In this document: one piece after another, positions 25,650 to 36,968 of the stretch
How the letters are laid out: every line of letters starts with the position of its first letter
Numbering within the stretch: position 1 is the first letter of the stretch
Source: Chiloscyllium plagiosum
Lineage: Eukaryota
Assembly (NCBI RefSeq): GCF_004010195.1
Contig: NC_057718.1
Location: 26,477,688-26,541,687, forward strand
Direction: 5' to 3'
Length of the DNA: 64,000 bases
The notes under the pieces: generated by a model
Seen by the model: only the letters and a program-made list of their open reading frames with translations
Database searches by the model: none
What the model was told of the DNA's origin: nothing
Made by a program: the position numbers and the translations under genes

Positions 25650-27200
25650 AACTTTATAATCCTAGCTCAAAAAGACAGGGGCATGAAGCATTATCCACTT
25701 GTGGCAGGTTCTCTTCAGCCAGTATGTCCAGGCTGCCTTCTTCAGCTGGGATGACCTCTTATTATTATCCATTTGGGAAAAGAACTTCCCTTGTTTTCTG
25801 AACTAGCTGCAGGAGGAACCTCCTAGAAGACATCACTAAAGACTGCAGCTGATTTTTGGCTCAGTGTCTGACATCTCCTGGGCTGTAGGGGCATGAGCAG
25901 CTGAGACAGAGTGATGCTCCGGGGTTATGGAAAGTGAAGTGCTCCCTGGCATGTGCCTTTTAAATGTAGCACCTGGATACTGAAGATTGCAAAGTCCAGG
26001 GAAGGAGCAGAATGTTCTGTCTGTCCATCCCTAAAACGTAGCATTTTACCTACACCCGAACAGGTAATGAGCTTCACTGAACATAATCAGTGAGAAAACA
26101 TGCAGTCCCTCCGAGCAGAAATACCTCTTGCTTTTCAGTCCACTTCCACCTGACTGTCAGAAATGAAAGTCCCTCCCAGTGTGTGAACCACACACATGTT
26201 TGCCAAGGCCTCATTATGGCAGAGAGTGTATTGACAATTATTGAAAAGACTACCTTCTTGCTTTAGCTGATACATCTAGCACTTCAAAACAGCGACTTTG
26301 ACAAGGAGTTTCTTACACCAAACCACACTTTCTTCCACCATTCCCTTCCAGCCCTTCCCTAGCCCAACAGGTCCCTCAGCACCACTGATACTAACCCATG
26401 CATACATGAAGGTGTTCAAACTCACAGGGCTGAAGTTTCTTAGTTTTTTGGCCAAGTGAATTTTTTTAGTGAGCTACATGATGACCAATCTTGTCACTGC
26501 TCATGACAACCTTTGACATACAGCGTCCTGTTCTTCAGTTCAGGAGCCATGTGACTGGCCTCACCAGCACCCATCTCATGGAATGACGGAGAAGTAAAGC
26601 TCACCACTACTGGGACATTATGCTGTTCACACCACTGTTGTCATATTTAAACTCTAGCTCCACACTGTTTCAGACACTGCAAACCAGGAACTGCCCTTCA
26701 CACTGTGCTCCTGCACTGTTAACCAGAAGGAAATGGGCCCAAAAGGCAAGTTCACTCCGTGCTTCATCCGTGAGCTGCTGATGGACAGGCTCCTGGAAAG
26801 GAGCGCAATGCTCCTTCCTGTTGACCGGAACAGGAAGGGGATCATGCCTCCAGACCTAGCCAGTTTGGGCTGAGATAGCAGCCCAGGTAAGTGCAGTGTC
26901 CCAGATGAAAGTTAACACACAGCAGGGAGAAGGTCAATGAGCTCCTGCACTCTGCTAGCTCACGCTCACAAGGACACTATTCACTTGGACTTTGGAACTA
27001 CGCACTCACCTCACCAAGGCTCATGGAAGCAACTGTATCCATCATGCCCAAACAATGGCTCTCACCCACCTCATCCTCCCAAGCCACAAATTCTTTCTGC
27101 TCTCTGAACTTGCTGCTCATTCACAGGGCACACCTTACCACCTCTCCTACACATGAATCACCACTAAGTGATTTCCAATCTATTTCCACCATACTCAATC
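25650..27200. mobile_element. Possible PIF/Harbinger DNA transposon remnant
   Basis: The + strand near 26735-26900 reads KFTPCFIRELLMDRLLERSAMLLP, resembling a Myb/SANT-like Harbinger protein. The - strand near 25970-26200 has weak HARBI1-like (YPG) remnants. Highly decayed. Confidence 0.35.
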
Positions 27201-27211
27201 CCTCCTTTTGT

Positions 27212-27330
27212 TAAGCGGCAATTAGATAGGTACATGGATAGGTGCTTAAGCTAAGACAAATGTTCGGCACAACATCGTGGGCCGAAGGGCCTGTTCTGTG
27301 CTGTATTGTCCTACGTTCTATGTTCTATGT
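27212..27330 (+). mobile_element. CR1 3' tail fragment
   Basis: GGCACAACATCGTGGGCCGAAGGGCCTGTTCTGTGCTGTA followed by (TTCTATG)n. Confidence 0.75.
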
Positions 27331-29491
27331 CTCACTACAGGGAAACCTGGTTCCCTCCTGAACTGAGGTCTCCACAGCAGACTCGCTGACATACTGTCAT
27401 CCCCTGTTGCACTTGACCTACAAGGCTGGCCATTTTTACCCTCCAGACTGAGATTTGAGGAGCCATTGAGTGATTGCACTCCCCCCCTCGCCCCCGATAA
27501 TGAGATGCAACTGCATGGAAATAAGCTAGCTGTCATTCATTAATGAGATTCAGAACTTGCTATTTAAACCCAAAGGGACAAGTCAGATTTTTTTTCTTGA
27601 CAGGAAGAATCTGACTTTTTTTGCCATGTATTTCAATTCCAGGCAGTGGATACTGCTGTCCATGAATTCAGACAGGGTCAAAGTGCAGCTAGTCAGTTAG
27701 CATTGGGACATCACTTTGTTCACAGAATGGTTATTTGCTCAATATATCAGAGTATATTAACATTATTATAGCCATCATTTAGCAAAGGAATTTTAGTATT
27801 GTTGGTAACCAGAATGCTTCTTGTTTTCAGCATATTTTGGAAAATGGCAATTTTCCCATCCATTTATTTTTGATAACATGCACTCAGAGGCTTTAAGCTT
27901 ATATATTCAAGAGGAGAGTTGGATGAAAACATTCAGTCAATATCATTATCCGTGAATAGTGTGTTCATTGAATTTACATAAAATAATTAATTTTGCTTGA
28001 AAACATTATGAAAGGTGCTACTTAAAATAAACTGCTGATTAAAACAAAAAAGCTTCTGATTATGCTTTTGTTTACATTGGTGTTGCAGAGAGAAACCAAA
28101 CTGTTTTTATTTTATAAGCTCATTTGTTTTATTTGATGGTTATAAAAGTTGTTCCCATTAGATTTTGAGTGGAGGTTTAATGCTGGAATTTACTGCGACA
28201 TTTGTAAACAGCGTTGACTCTGGGCTGCTCAATTTCCATAATGGCCACACTGATATTGCCTTTCAAAATCACATTGTAGTTATTATCCAAAATTCATTTG
28301 TTTTGGCAGAAATTGAATTGTTTTTCATGAGACATTCCCTCATTTCCCTGCAATAAAGAGTTTAGAAAATGACAATGTTGGATAAAATATAGAAAGCAGC
28401 AGTGGTTGTAAACCATAACAGCGTGAGTTTCTTCTTCATAACCTAACATTGCAGCCTGTTGTAATAATAATGTCCCAGGTGCTGATGACAGAGTTCAGGA
28501 TGCAAATTGGAAGGGGCACAATTCACACCCCAGCCTCCCAACTCTTCCCAGCTGCACAGGAATCTTCCTCGGTAGACCATATTCTTCCACCTTCGGGATC
28601 ACAACTTGCCATGTGCATGCAAGCTGCCATTAATTCACGGTCGGCTTTTGTTTTCTGCCTCTTGGCAGCAATGGAACTATCAGCAATGTTTTCCCCTGTT
28701 CCTTTTTGCTAATTACTTATATTTCTGATGTAGATGGAGTTGTAATTTTTTAAAAAATCATTTGTGGAACATGAGCGTTGATGGCTGGCCAGCATTTCTT
28801 GACCATTCCAAGTTGCCCTTGAGAAAATGGTGGTGAACTGTTTCCTTGAACTGCTGCAGTCCATGCATTATAGGTTAACCTATGATGTCATTAGGGATTC
28901 CAGGATTTTGACCCAGTGACAATGAAGGAAAGGCGATATCACTCCAAGTCAGAATGGTGAGTTGCTTGGAAGGGAATTTGCAGGGGTTGGGTACCCATGT
29001 GTCTTTTACCCTTACCTTTCTAGAGTGAAGTGGTCATGGGTTTGGATCGTGCTGTCAAAATATGTTTGGTGAATTTCTGCAGCATATTTTGTAGATTGTA
29101 CACACTGCTGTTACTGAGGTCCAGCAGTGGAGGAAGTGAATGTTTATGGATGTGGTGATTTGTCCTGGATAGTGTCAAGCTTCTTGAGTGTTGTTGGAGC
29201 TGCACCCATCCAGGCAAGTGGGGAGTATTCCATCAGACTCCTGACTTGTGTCTTGGATAGGCTTGGATAGATGGTGGATAGGCTTTGGTGAGTCAGGAGG
29301 CGGGTAACTCGTTGGAGTATTCCAAGCTTCTTACCTAATCTTGTAACCTCTACATTTACATGGTGAGTTCATTCGAGTTTCTGGGGTTAATGGTAACCCC
29401 AAGAATGGTGATAATACAGGATTCAGTGACAGTAACACCACTAAATGTCAGGAGTGGTGGTTAGATTGTCTCTTGTTGGTGATAGTCATTG

Positions 29492-29584
29492 AGGAGTAGT
29501 GAGGTCTGCAGATGCTGGAGATCAGAGCTGAAAATGTGTTGCTGGAAAAGCACAGCAGGTCAGGCAGCATCCAGGGAACAGGAA
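29492..29584 (-). mobile_element. Penelope terminal fragment flanked by a 10-bp duplication ATAGTCATTG
   Basis: Duplication at 29482-29491 and 29585-29594. The sequence matches the reverse complement of 11500-11590. Confidence 0.85.
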
Positions 29585-31004
29585 ATAGTCATTGCCTGGT
29601 GTTTGTGTGGCACAAATGTCACTTGCCACTTGTCAGCCCAAACCTCGATATTGTCCAGATCTTTTTGCATTTGAACTTGGACTACTTCTGTATGTGAGGA
29701 GTCGTGAATGGTGCTGAACATTGTGCAATCATTGGCCAACATCCTCACTCCTGACCTTATGATGGAGAGAAGGTCATTGAAGCAGCTGAAGATGGTTGGG
29801 CCGAAGATGTGACCATGAGAAACTCCAAAAGAGATGTCCTGGAGCTGAGATGACTGATCTCCAATAACCCCAATAATCTTCCTATGTGCAAGGTATGACT
29901 TCAACCTGTGGAGAGTTTGCCCCCGATTGTCATTGGTTTAAGTTTTGCTGGGGCTTCCTGGTGCCACACTCAGTGAAATGTAGCCTTGATATCAATGGCT
30001 GTCACTCTCACCTCACCTCTGGAATTCAGCTCTTTTGTCCATGTTTGAACCAATGCTGTAATGAGGTCAAGAGCTGAGTGGCACTGTTAGAACCCAAACT
30101 GGGCATCACTGAGCAGGTTATTACTGAGCAAATACTGTTTGATAGAACTGTTGATGGCACCTTCCATCACTTTCTCGATGATCAAGAGTGGACAGATAGA
30201 GCAGTAATTGTCCAGACTGGATTTGTCCTACCTTTTCTGTACAGGACATACTTGTGCAACTTTCCACATTATCATGTAGGTCCCATATTGTAGTTGTATC
30301 GGAAGAGTTCGGCTCAGTGAGTGGCAAGTTCTGGAGCACAAATGTTCAGTACTATTTATGGGATGTTGTCAGAGCCCATAGCCTTTGCACTATCCAGTGA
30401 CTCCAACCGTTTCTTGATATTGCATGGAGTGAATCGAATTGGCTGAAGACAGGTTCCGTGATGCTGGGTCCACTGAAAGAGGCTGAGATGGATCATCCAC
30501 TCGGCACTTCTGGCTGAAGATGATTGCAAAAGCTTCAGCCTTATCTTTTGCAATTTGTGTTGGGCTCTTTCATCATTGTGGATAGGGATATTTGTGGAGC
30601 CTCCTCCTCCAGTAAGTCATTTAATTGTCCACCTCCATTCAGGACTGGATGTGGCAGGATCACAGAGCTTAGATCTGATGTGTTTTTGGCATGCAAGTAG
30701 CCCTGTTTCGTGGCTTCACTAAGATAACACATCATTTTCAGGTATGCATGGTGCTACTCCTGGCATGCCCTCCTGCACTCTCCATTGAACCAGGGCTGAT
30801 ATCCTGGTTTGATGGTAATGGTTGATTGGGGGATATACCAGGCCATGAGGTGACAGGTTGTATGGGGTACAATTCTGCTGCTGCTTATGACACACAGAAC
30901 CTATTGGTTGCTCAGTCTTGAATTGCTAGATCTGTTCAAAATCTGTTCCACTTAGCACGGTGTTAATGCCACACATCCTCATGGGGGGCATTCTCAATGT
31001 GAAG

Positions 31005-31375
31005 GTGAGACTTTATTTCCACAAGAACTGTGCGATGGTCACTCTTACCGATACTGTCATGGCCAGGTGCATCTGCAGCTGGCAGATTGGCAAGGATGAG
31101 GCCAAGTATTTTTTTCCCATATTGGCTCCCTCACCAGCTGCCACAGACTCGGTCTAGCAGCTATATCCCCTAGGACCCGACCAGCTTGATGTGAGACTTT
31201 ATTTCCACAAGAACTGTGCGATGGTCACTCTTACCGATACTGTCATGGCCAGGTGCATCTGCAGCTGGCAGATTGGCAAGGATGAGGCCAAGTATGTTTT
31301 TCCCTTATGGCTCCCTCACCAGCTGCCACAGACTCGGTCTAGCAGCTATGTCCCCTAGGACCCGACCAGCTTGAT
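31005..31375. repeat. Tandem duplication of ~186 bp (31005-31190 and 31191-31375) inside the LINE
   Basis: Two head-to-tail copies differing at only a few positions. Confidence 0.95.
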
Positions 31376-33102
31376 CAGTAGTACTGCTGCTGAGCCATTC
31401 CTGGTGATGGATATTAACATTTCCCACTCTGAGTACATTCACTGTCCTTGCTACACTCAGTGCTTCCTCCAAGTGTCGTTCAACATGGAGAAGTACTAAT
31501 TCATCAGCCAATGGTGGACATTAAGTGATAATCGGCAAGAGGTCTCTTTGCCCATGTTTAATCTGGAGCCATGAGACTTCATGAGATCCAATGTTGAATA
31601 CATCTCCCACCTCTACTGGCTCTGTCCTACCAGTGGGACAGGGTGCCAGGGATGGTGATGGTGTTGTTTGAGACGTGACTATGACCATTTCTATCATTGT
31701 CTTTTCCAGTGCCTGGATGGGTGCCAGACAGACCCTCCAGTTTCATTTCTTCGTTGAGACCTCATAAGATTGTTACAACTAAGTGGCTTGCTAGGCCATT
31801 TCAGAGGCCAGTTGAGAGCCAATCACATTGCAGTGGGCCTGGAATCACATGTAGGTCAGACCAGGTGAGGATGGCAGTTTTCCTTCCCTGAATGACATCA
31901 GTGAACCAAATGGGTTTTTCTGACAATCAATAGATTCTTAATTCAAGATATCCTTTATTATTATCAAATCCAAACTGCTGTGACAGAATTCGAACCTGGG
32001 TCCCAGATCATTAGCTGTGTTTCTGGATGAATAGAAGAGCAATAATATCATCTCCCCTGTCATCATGAACCAGAATCTTGTGGGAGTCTGAGCAATATGA
32101 GTGTGGGCTGTGGCGAGATTTGCAGAGGAGTTAGATGAGAAGTCCAGCGAGGCAAATCTCAACATTGGGAGCATCTCTTATGCTTTTGGTTCTCCTCAAT
32201 ATTTTTGGACACAGAGGCTGTGAATGAATAGGGATTTTGTACAATGTAGGCCAGAAGTGTCACCAGCATTCAATGCCAACTATGCACCTTGTTTCTCTTG
32301 CAATCAGATGTTGCAGATTCTCACTAGAGACATTAAGCTGAGGTACATTGTCTGGCCATGAATTTATGCTTCGTGTTAGAACAATTACATTTGGAGCTAC
32401 ACAGAGAGACAAATAACCAGCTGAAAGGTCAAAGCAATGCCATTTGTAAAACTACTGCAAAAGAGTGCATTGTCACCAGTACCACCAAAGTGCCCTCTGT
32501 AAGCTTTCTTCTTCTCCCTCCTACTGCATCATAGTGTACTCCATGGTTTTGCAGCCAGAGCTGAGGGAGTGGAGCACATTAGCCTGGGAGGTTTGGTCAG
32601 GTGATTCTGGGGTCACTTGTGTCTGGACGTATCAAACTTGCTGAGGGTCTTCCTGTCAGATGCAAGGCATGAACGTCAAAGGCCAGAGGAGAGGCAGGCA
32701 GGGTGAAGGTTGCAGGCTCAGACGCACGAGTGTCCTGAGAAGAGATTTCTCAAGGGCCTGATTTTGTGGTTCTGCCTCCAGCTGAGTGCCTCCTCCATTA
32801 TATCCCTGAGACAAAGAGGCAGCTGAAGTGTGTGTCAGGTTTCCCCATCCCTCTCTTGCCACGCCATCAGTCCTGAGCACCAATGGAGGGGCCGATGGAG
32901 TGTAGGTTCGCGCATATCTCCAGAAGCCTCTGAGGATGCTAGAACTGACTCTCCATCGCAACTGCCAACCTGTCCAAGGAGGTAGCCGGGCAGTTACATG
33001 CATACCTGCACTGCTGCAGCATCTGCACAATGATGGCTTTGGTGTCTCACATAGCTGTCTGCTTCTCCTGTTCCTCATTGTGCATATGAATTAAATCCCT
33101 GA

Positions 33103-33690
33103 TAGAGTCATTGAGTCATACAGCATGGAAACAGACCCTTCAGTCCAACCAGTCCATGCTGAACCAAATCCTAAACTAAACTAGTCCCACCTGCCTGCAC
33201 CTGGCCAATATGCCTCCAATTCATGTATCTATCCAAATGTTTTTTAAACATTATAATTGTACCCTCATCCACCCATTTCCTCAGAAAGTTCATTCCACAC
33301 GTGAACCATTGTCTGTGTAAAACAATTGCCTCTTATGTCTTTTTTAGATCTCTCTCCTCTTACCTTAAAAATGTGGCTCCAAGTCTTGAAATTCCCCCTC
33401 TGAGGGAAAAGTCAACTATCATCAACTCTATCTATACCTCTCATTATTTTATAAACTTCTATCAGGTCACCTCTCAACATCCTACACTCCAGTGAGAAAA
33501 GTACCAGCCTCTCCGGCCTTTCTTTATAACTCAAACCTTCCATACCTGGCAACATCCTGGTAAATCTCTTCTGAATGCTGTCCAGATTAATAATATCCTT
33601 CTTATATCTGGGCGACCAGAACTGGACGCTGTATTCTAGAAGAGGCAATGTCCTGTACAACCTCAACATAACCCCAACTCCTATACTCAA
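33103..33690 (-). mobile_element. CR1 3' fragment
   Basis: LEYSVQFWSP, RFTRMLPGM and RGDLIEVYKIM motifs with a CR1 tail. Confidence 0.9.
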
Positions 33691-34711
33691 ATAGCCAGCA
33701 TTGCAGATCCTTCCGTGCCTGGAGATCAGCATGGTCTCTGCCAGCTCTCCGAGTGCCAGCACCCTGGGGCTGTGGAGCTGATTGTGGTCCCATGCCCTCT
33801 CAGCCTGACATTCCCACCAAGGTGTGATTATCTGCACTGTTGGAGAAAGCATTGCCGTTGCTCCATTGAAACCTCAATTCCCTTGACCTCAGATTTCAAG
33901 AAGAGGGGATCAAAGGATGTTGATCATTTCACCACACAGGTGGTAGATACACTGGCAACACCCACAACACAAAAGAGAGGGAAGACCACATGGCCACCAG
34001 TGGTAGCTCAATGGATGACACTGTCAGAGGGTTACTGTGAGAGCTGTGGTGGAATGAAATGTGGTACCAACTCAGTTAGTGGGACGTGCAGCCCTGCAGG
34101 AGCTCTTGTCATGGCCCGGATCTTCTCCTCATCTGGGGTGAGGAGCACAATGTCAGGCACCCTTCCACCCATTCAGGTTCTCTGTGCCCTGCTATTAGCT
34201 ATCTTTTTACATAATGAGATTTAGGGATGAATTGAATGAGATGAAAGAGATTGACACAGCTATTAGCCATGGTGTCTGAAGCAATGAAGTAGCTGTAGAA
34301 AGGGCCTGTGGGATTGGTGGAGTGGGAAGGTGGAGGAGTCCTGAGAGTGGGTGACGGAAGATGTTGCAGGCAGTAGTCAGTTAGACAATGGATAGAACAT
34401 GAGCCTTGGTGGAAGGTGGATGCAGGAGCAGTGATAGAGTATGGTACTTAGCCTGGCACAGCAGAAAATTGTTAGTCAAGGATAGTATGACGGTGGCTGA
34501 AAGAACTTTTGATGAGGACTCGTCTACTGAGGTAGTGTGGGCTGAGGTTAGAAACAGAAGAGGAGAGGTCACACTGCTTGGAGTTTTTATAGGCCTCCGG
34601 AGAGTTCCCGGGAGGTGGAAGAGAGGATAGGCAAAATAATTCTGGGCAGGAGTGAAAGGAACAGGCTGATCATCATGGGAGACTTTAACTTCCCAACATC
34701 GACTGGCATGT

Positions 34712-35040
34712 TGGGTGGCATGGTGGCACAGTGGTTAGCACTGCTGCCTCACAGCGCCAGAGACCCGGGTTCAATTCCTGCCTCGGGCAACTGACTGTGT
34801 GGAGTTTGCACATTCTCCCCGGGTCTGCGTGGGTTTCCTCCGGGTGCTCCGGTTTCCTCCCACTGTCCAAAAATGTGCAGATCCGGTGAATTGGCCATGC
34901 TAAATTGCCCGTAGTGTTAGGTAAGGGGTAAATGTAGGGGAATGGGTCTGGGTGGGTTGCGCTTCGGCGGGTCGGTGTGGACTTGTTGGGCCGAAGGGCC
35001 TGTTTCCACACTGTAAGTAATTTAATCTAATCTAAAAAAA
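34712..35040 (+). mobile_element. Young HE1-type V-SINE inserted in the CR1
   Basis: A box TGGCACAGTGG, B box GGTTCAATTCC, V-domain core, CR1-like tail GGGCCGAAGGGCCTGTTTCC and (AATCT)n end. CpG-rich. Confidence 0.92.
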
Positions 35041-36644
35041 ATGCTATAACTCTAATATGTCGGATGGGTCAGTGTACAGGAGGGTTTCCTAACGCAGTAT
35101 GTGGAAGGGCCAACAAGAGGGAAGGCCACATTGGACCTGGTGCTTGGTAATGAACCAGGCCAGGTGTTTGCTTTAGTTGTAGGTGAGCACTTTGGAGAGC
35201 ATGATTATAATTCAGTTAAGTTTAGTTTAGCGATGGAAAGGGATAGGTACATGCCATGGTCAAGGGTTATCGATGGGGCAAGAGTAATTATAATGTGATT
35301 AGGCAAAAATTAGGATACATAGAATGGGATAGCAAAATGCAATGGAAATGTGGAGCTGGTTTAAGGAACAGATATTGCATGGCCCTGTCAGGCAGGGAGG
35401 AAGTGATAAGGTAAGGGAACCATGGTTTACTACAGAAATTGCATCTCTTGTTAAGCAGGAGAAGGAGGCTTATGTGTTGATAAGGCAAGATGGTTTCAGG
35501 TGAGGTGATGGAGAGTTACAGATCAGCTAGGAAGGATTTAAAGAGAGAGGTAAGAAGAGCAAAGAGAGGACACGAGCAGTCTTTAGCAAATAGAATAAAG
35601 GAGAATCCTAAAGCTTTCTATAGGTATGTGAAGAATAAAAGGATGACTAGAGTAGGAATAGGGCCAGTCAAAGACAGAAGTGGGAAGTTGAATGTGGACC
35701 CTATGGAGATCGGAGAGGTGCTAAACGAGCATTTCTCATCGGTTTTCACTCAGGAAAAGGAGAATATTGGAGAGGAGAAGAATGAGTTATGAGATTTTGG
35801 ACTAGAAAGGATTGAGGTTAGTTATGAACAGATGTTATAAATTCTAGAAGGAGTGAAAGTAGACAAGTCTCCTGAGCCAGATGGGATTTATCCAAGGATT
35901 CCCTGGGAGGTTAGGGAGGAGATAGCAGACCCTTTGGCTTTGATATTTGAGTCGTCATTGTCTACAGATTTAGTACCAGAGGACTGGAGGATTGCAAATG
36001 TTGTGCCCTTGTTCAAGAAGGGCAGTAGAGATGACCCAGGTAATTATAGACCAGTGAGCCTTCTGTTGTAGGAAAAGCTTTGGAAAGGATTATAAGAGGT
36101 ACAATTTATAATCATCTAGCAAGCAACAATTTGATTTCAAGTAGTAAACATGGTTTCATCAAGGGCAGGTCATGTCTCACAAACCTCATTGAGTTTTTTG
36201 AGAAGGTGACCAAGCATGTAGATGAGGGTAGGGCAGTTGATGTAGCATACATGGGCTTCAGTAAAGCCTTTGATAAGGTTCCACATGGTAGGCTGTTGGA
36301 GAAAATGCAGAAGTATGGAATTGAGGGTGATTTAGCAGTTTGGATTAGAAATTGGCTTTCTGAAAGAAGGCAGCGAGTGGTGGTTGATGGAAAATATTCA
36401 GCCTGGAGTCCGGTTACTAGTAGCGTGCCACAAGGATCTGTTTTGGGACCACTGCTGTTTGTCATTTTTATAAATGACTTAGGCGCAGGCATAGATGGAT
36501 GGGTTAGTAAATTTGCAGACGACACTAAAGTTGGTGGAGTAGTGGACAGTTTGGAAGAATGTTATAGGTTGCAGGGGGACTTGGATAAACTGCAGAATTG
36601 GGCTGAGAAGTGGCAAATGAAGTTCAATGCAGCTAAATGCACAT

Positions 36645-36968
36645 GGGGCAGCACAGTGGTTCAGTGGTTAGCACTGCTGCTTCACAGCACCAGGGTCCCA
36701 GGTTCGATTCAAGCCTTGGGCGACTGTTTATGTGGAGTTTGCACATTCTCCCTGTGTCTACGTGGATTTCCTCCAGGTGCTCTGACTTCCTCCCACAGTC
36801 CAAAGATGTGCAGGTCAGGTGAATTGGCCATGATAAATTGCCCATAGTGTTAGGTGCATTAGTCAGAGGGAAATGGGTCTGGGTGGGTTACTCTTTGGAG
36901 AGTCGGTGTGGACTGGTTGGGCCGAAGGGCCTGTTTCCACACTGTAGGGAATCTAATTTAATCTAATC
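36645..36968 (+). mobile_element. HE1-type V-SINE inserted in the CR1 RT region
   Basis: Same structure as above, with CTAAATG on both flanks. It interrupts the AKC|EVM motif. Confidence 0.9.

Larger units (their letters stand above)
28755..32065 (-). mobile_element. Near full-length degenerate LINE of the second CR1/L2-group family: endonuclease-RT ORF2 with a SINE-like 5' leader
   Basis: Minus-strand pieces VGNVNIHHQEWL (endonuclease), KAMGSDNIP, GHIFGPTIFSCFNDL, LANDCT and WADKWQVTF in correct order. 3' tail at ~28755 and B-box GGTTCGAATTC at ~31987-31997. Confidence 0.85.

Noticed and set aside
31005..31375. CRISPR-like or satellite array
   Set aside because: Only two long copies without spacers, in vertebrate intron DNA.
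34712..34790. tRNA genes
   Set aside because: The A/B boxes belong to SINE heads followed by SINE body and tail, with no complete cloverleaf.
36080..36847. Intact 255-aa gene
   Set aside because: A CR1 RT fragment reading through into an inserted SINE. The element is frameshifted elsewhere.
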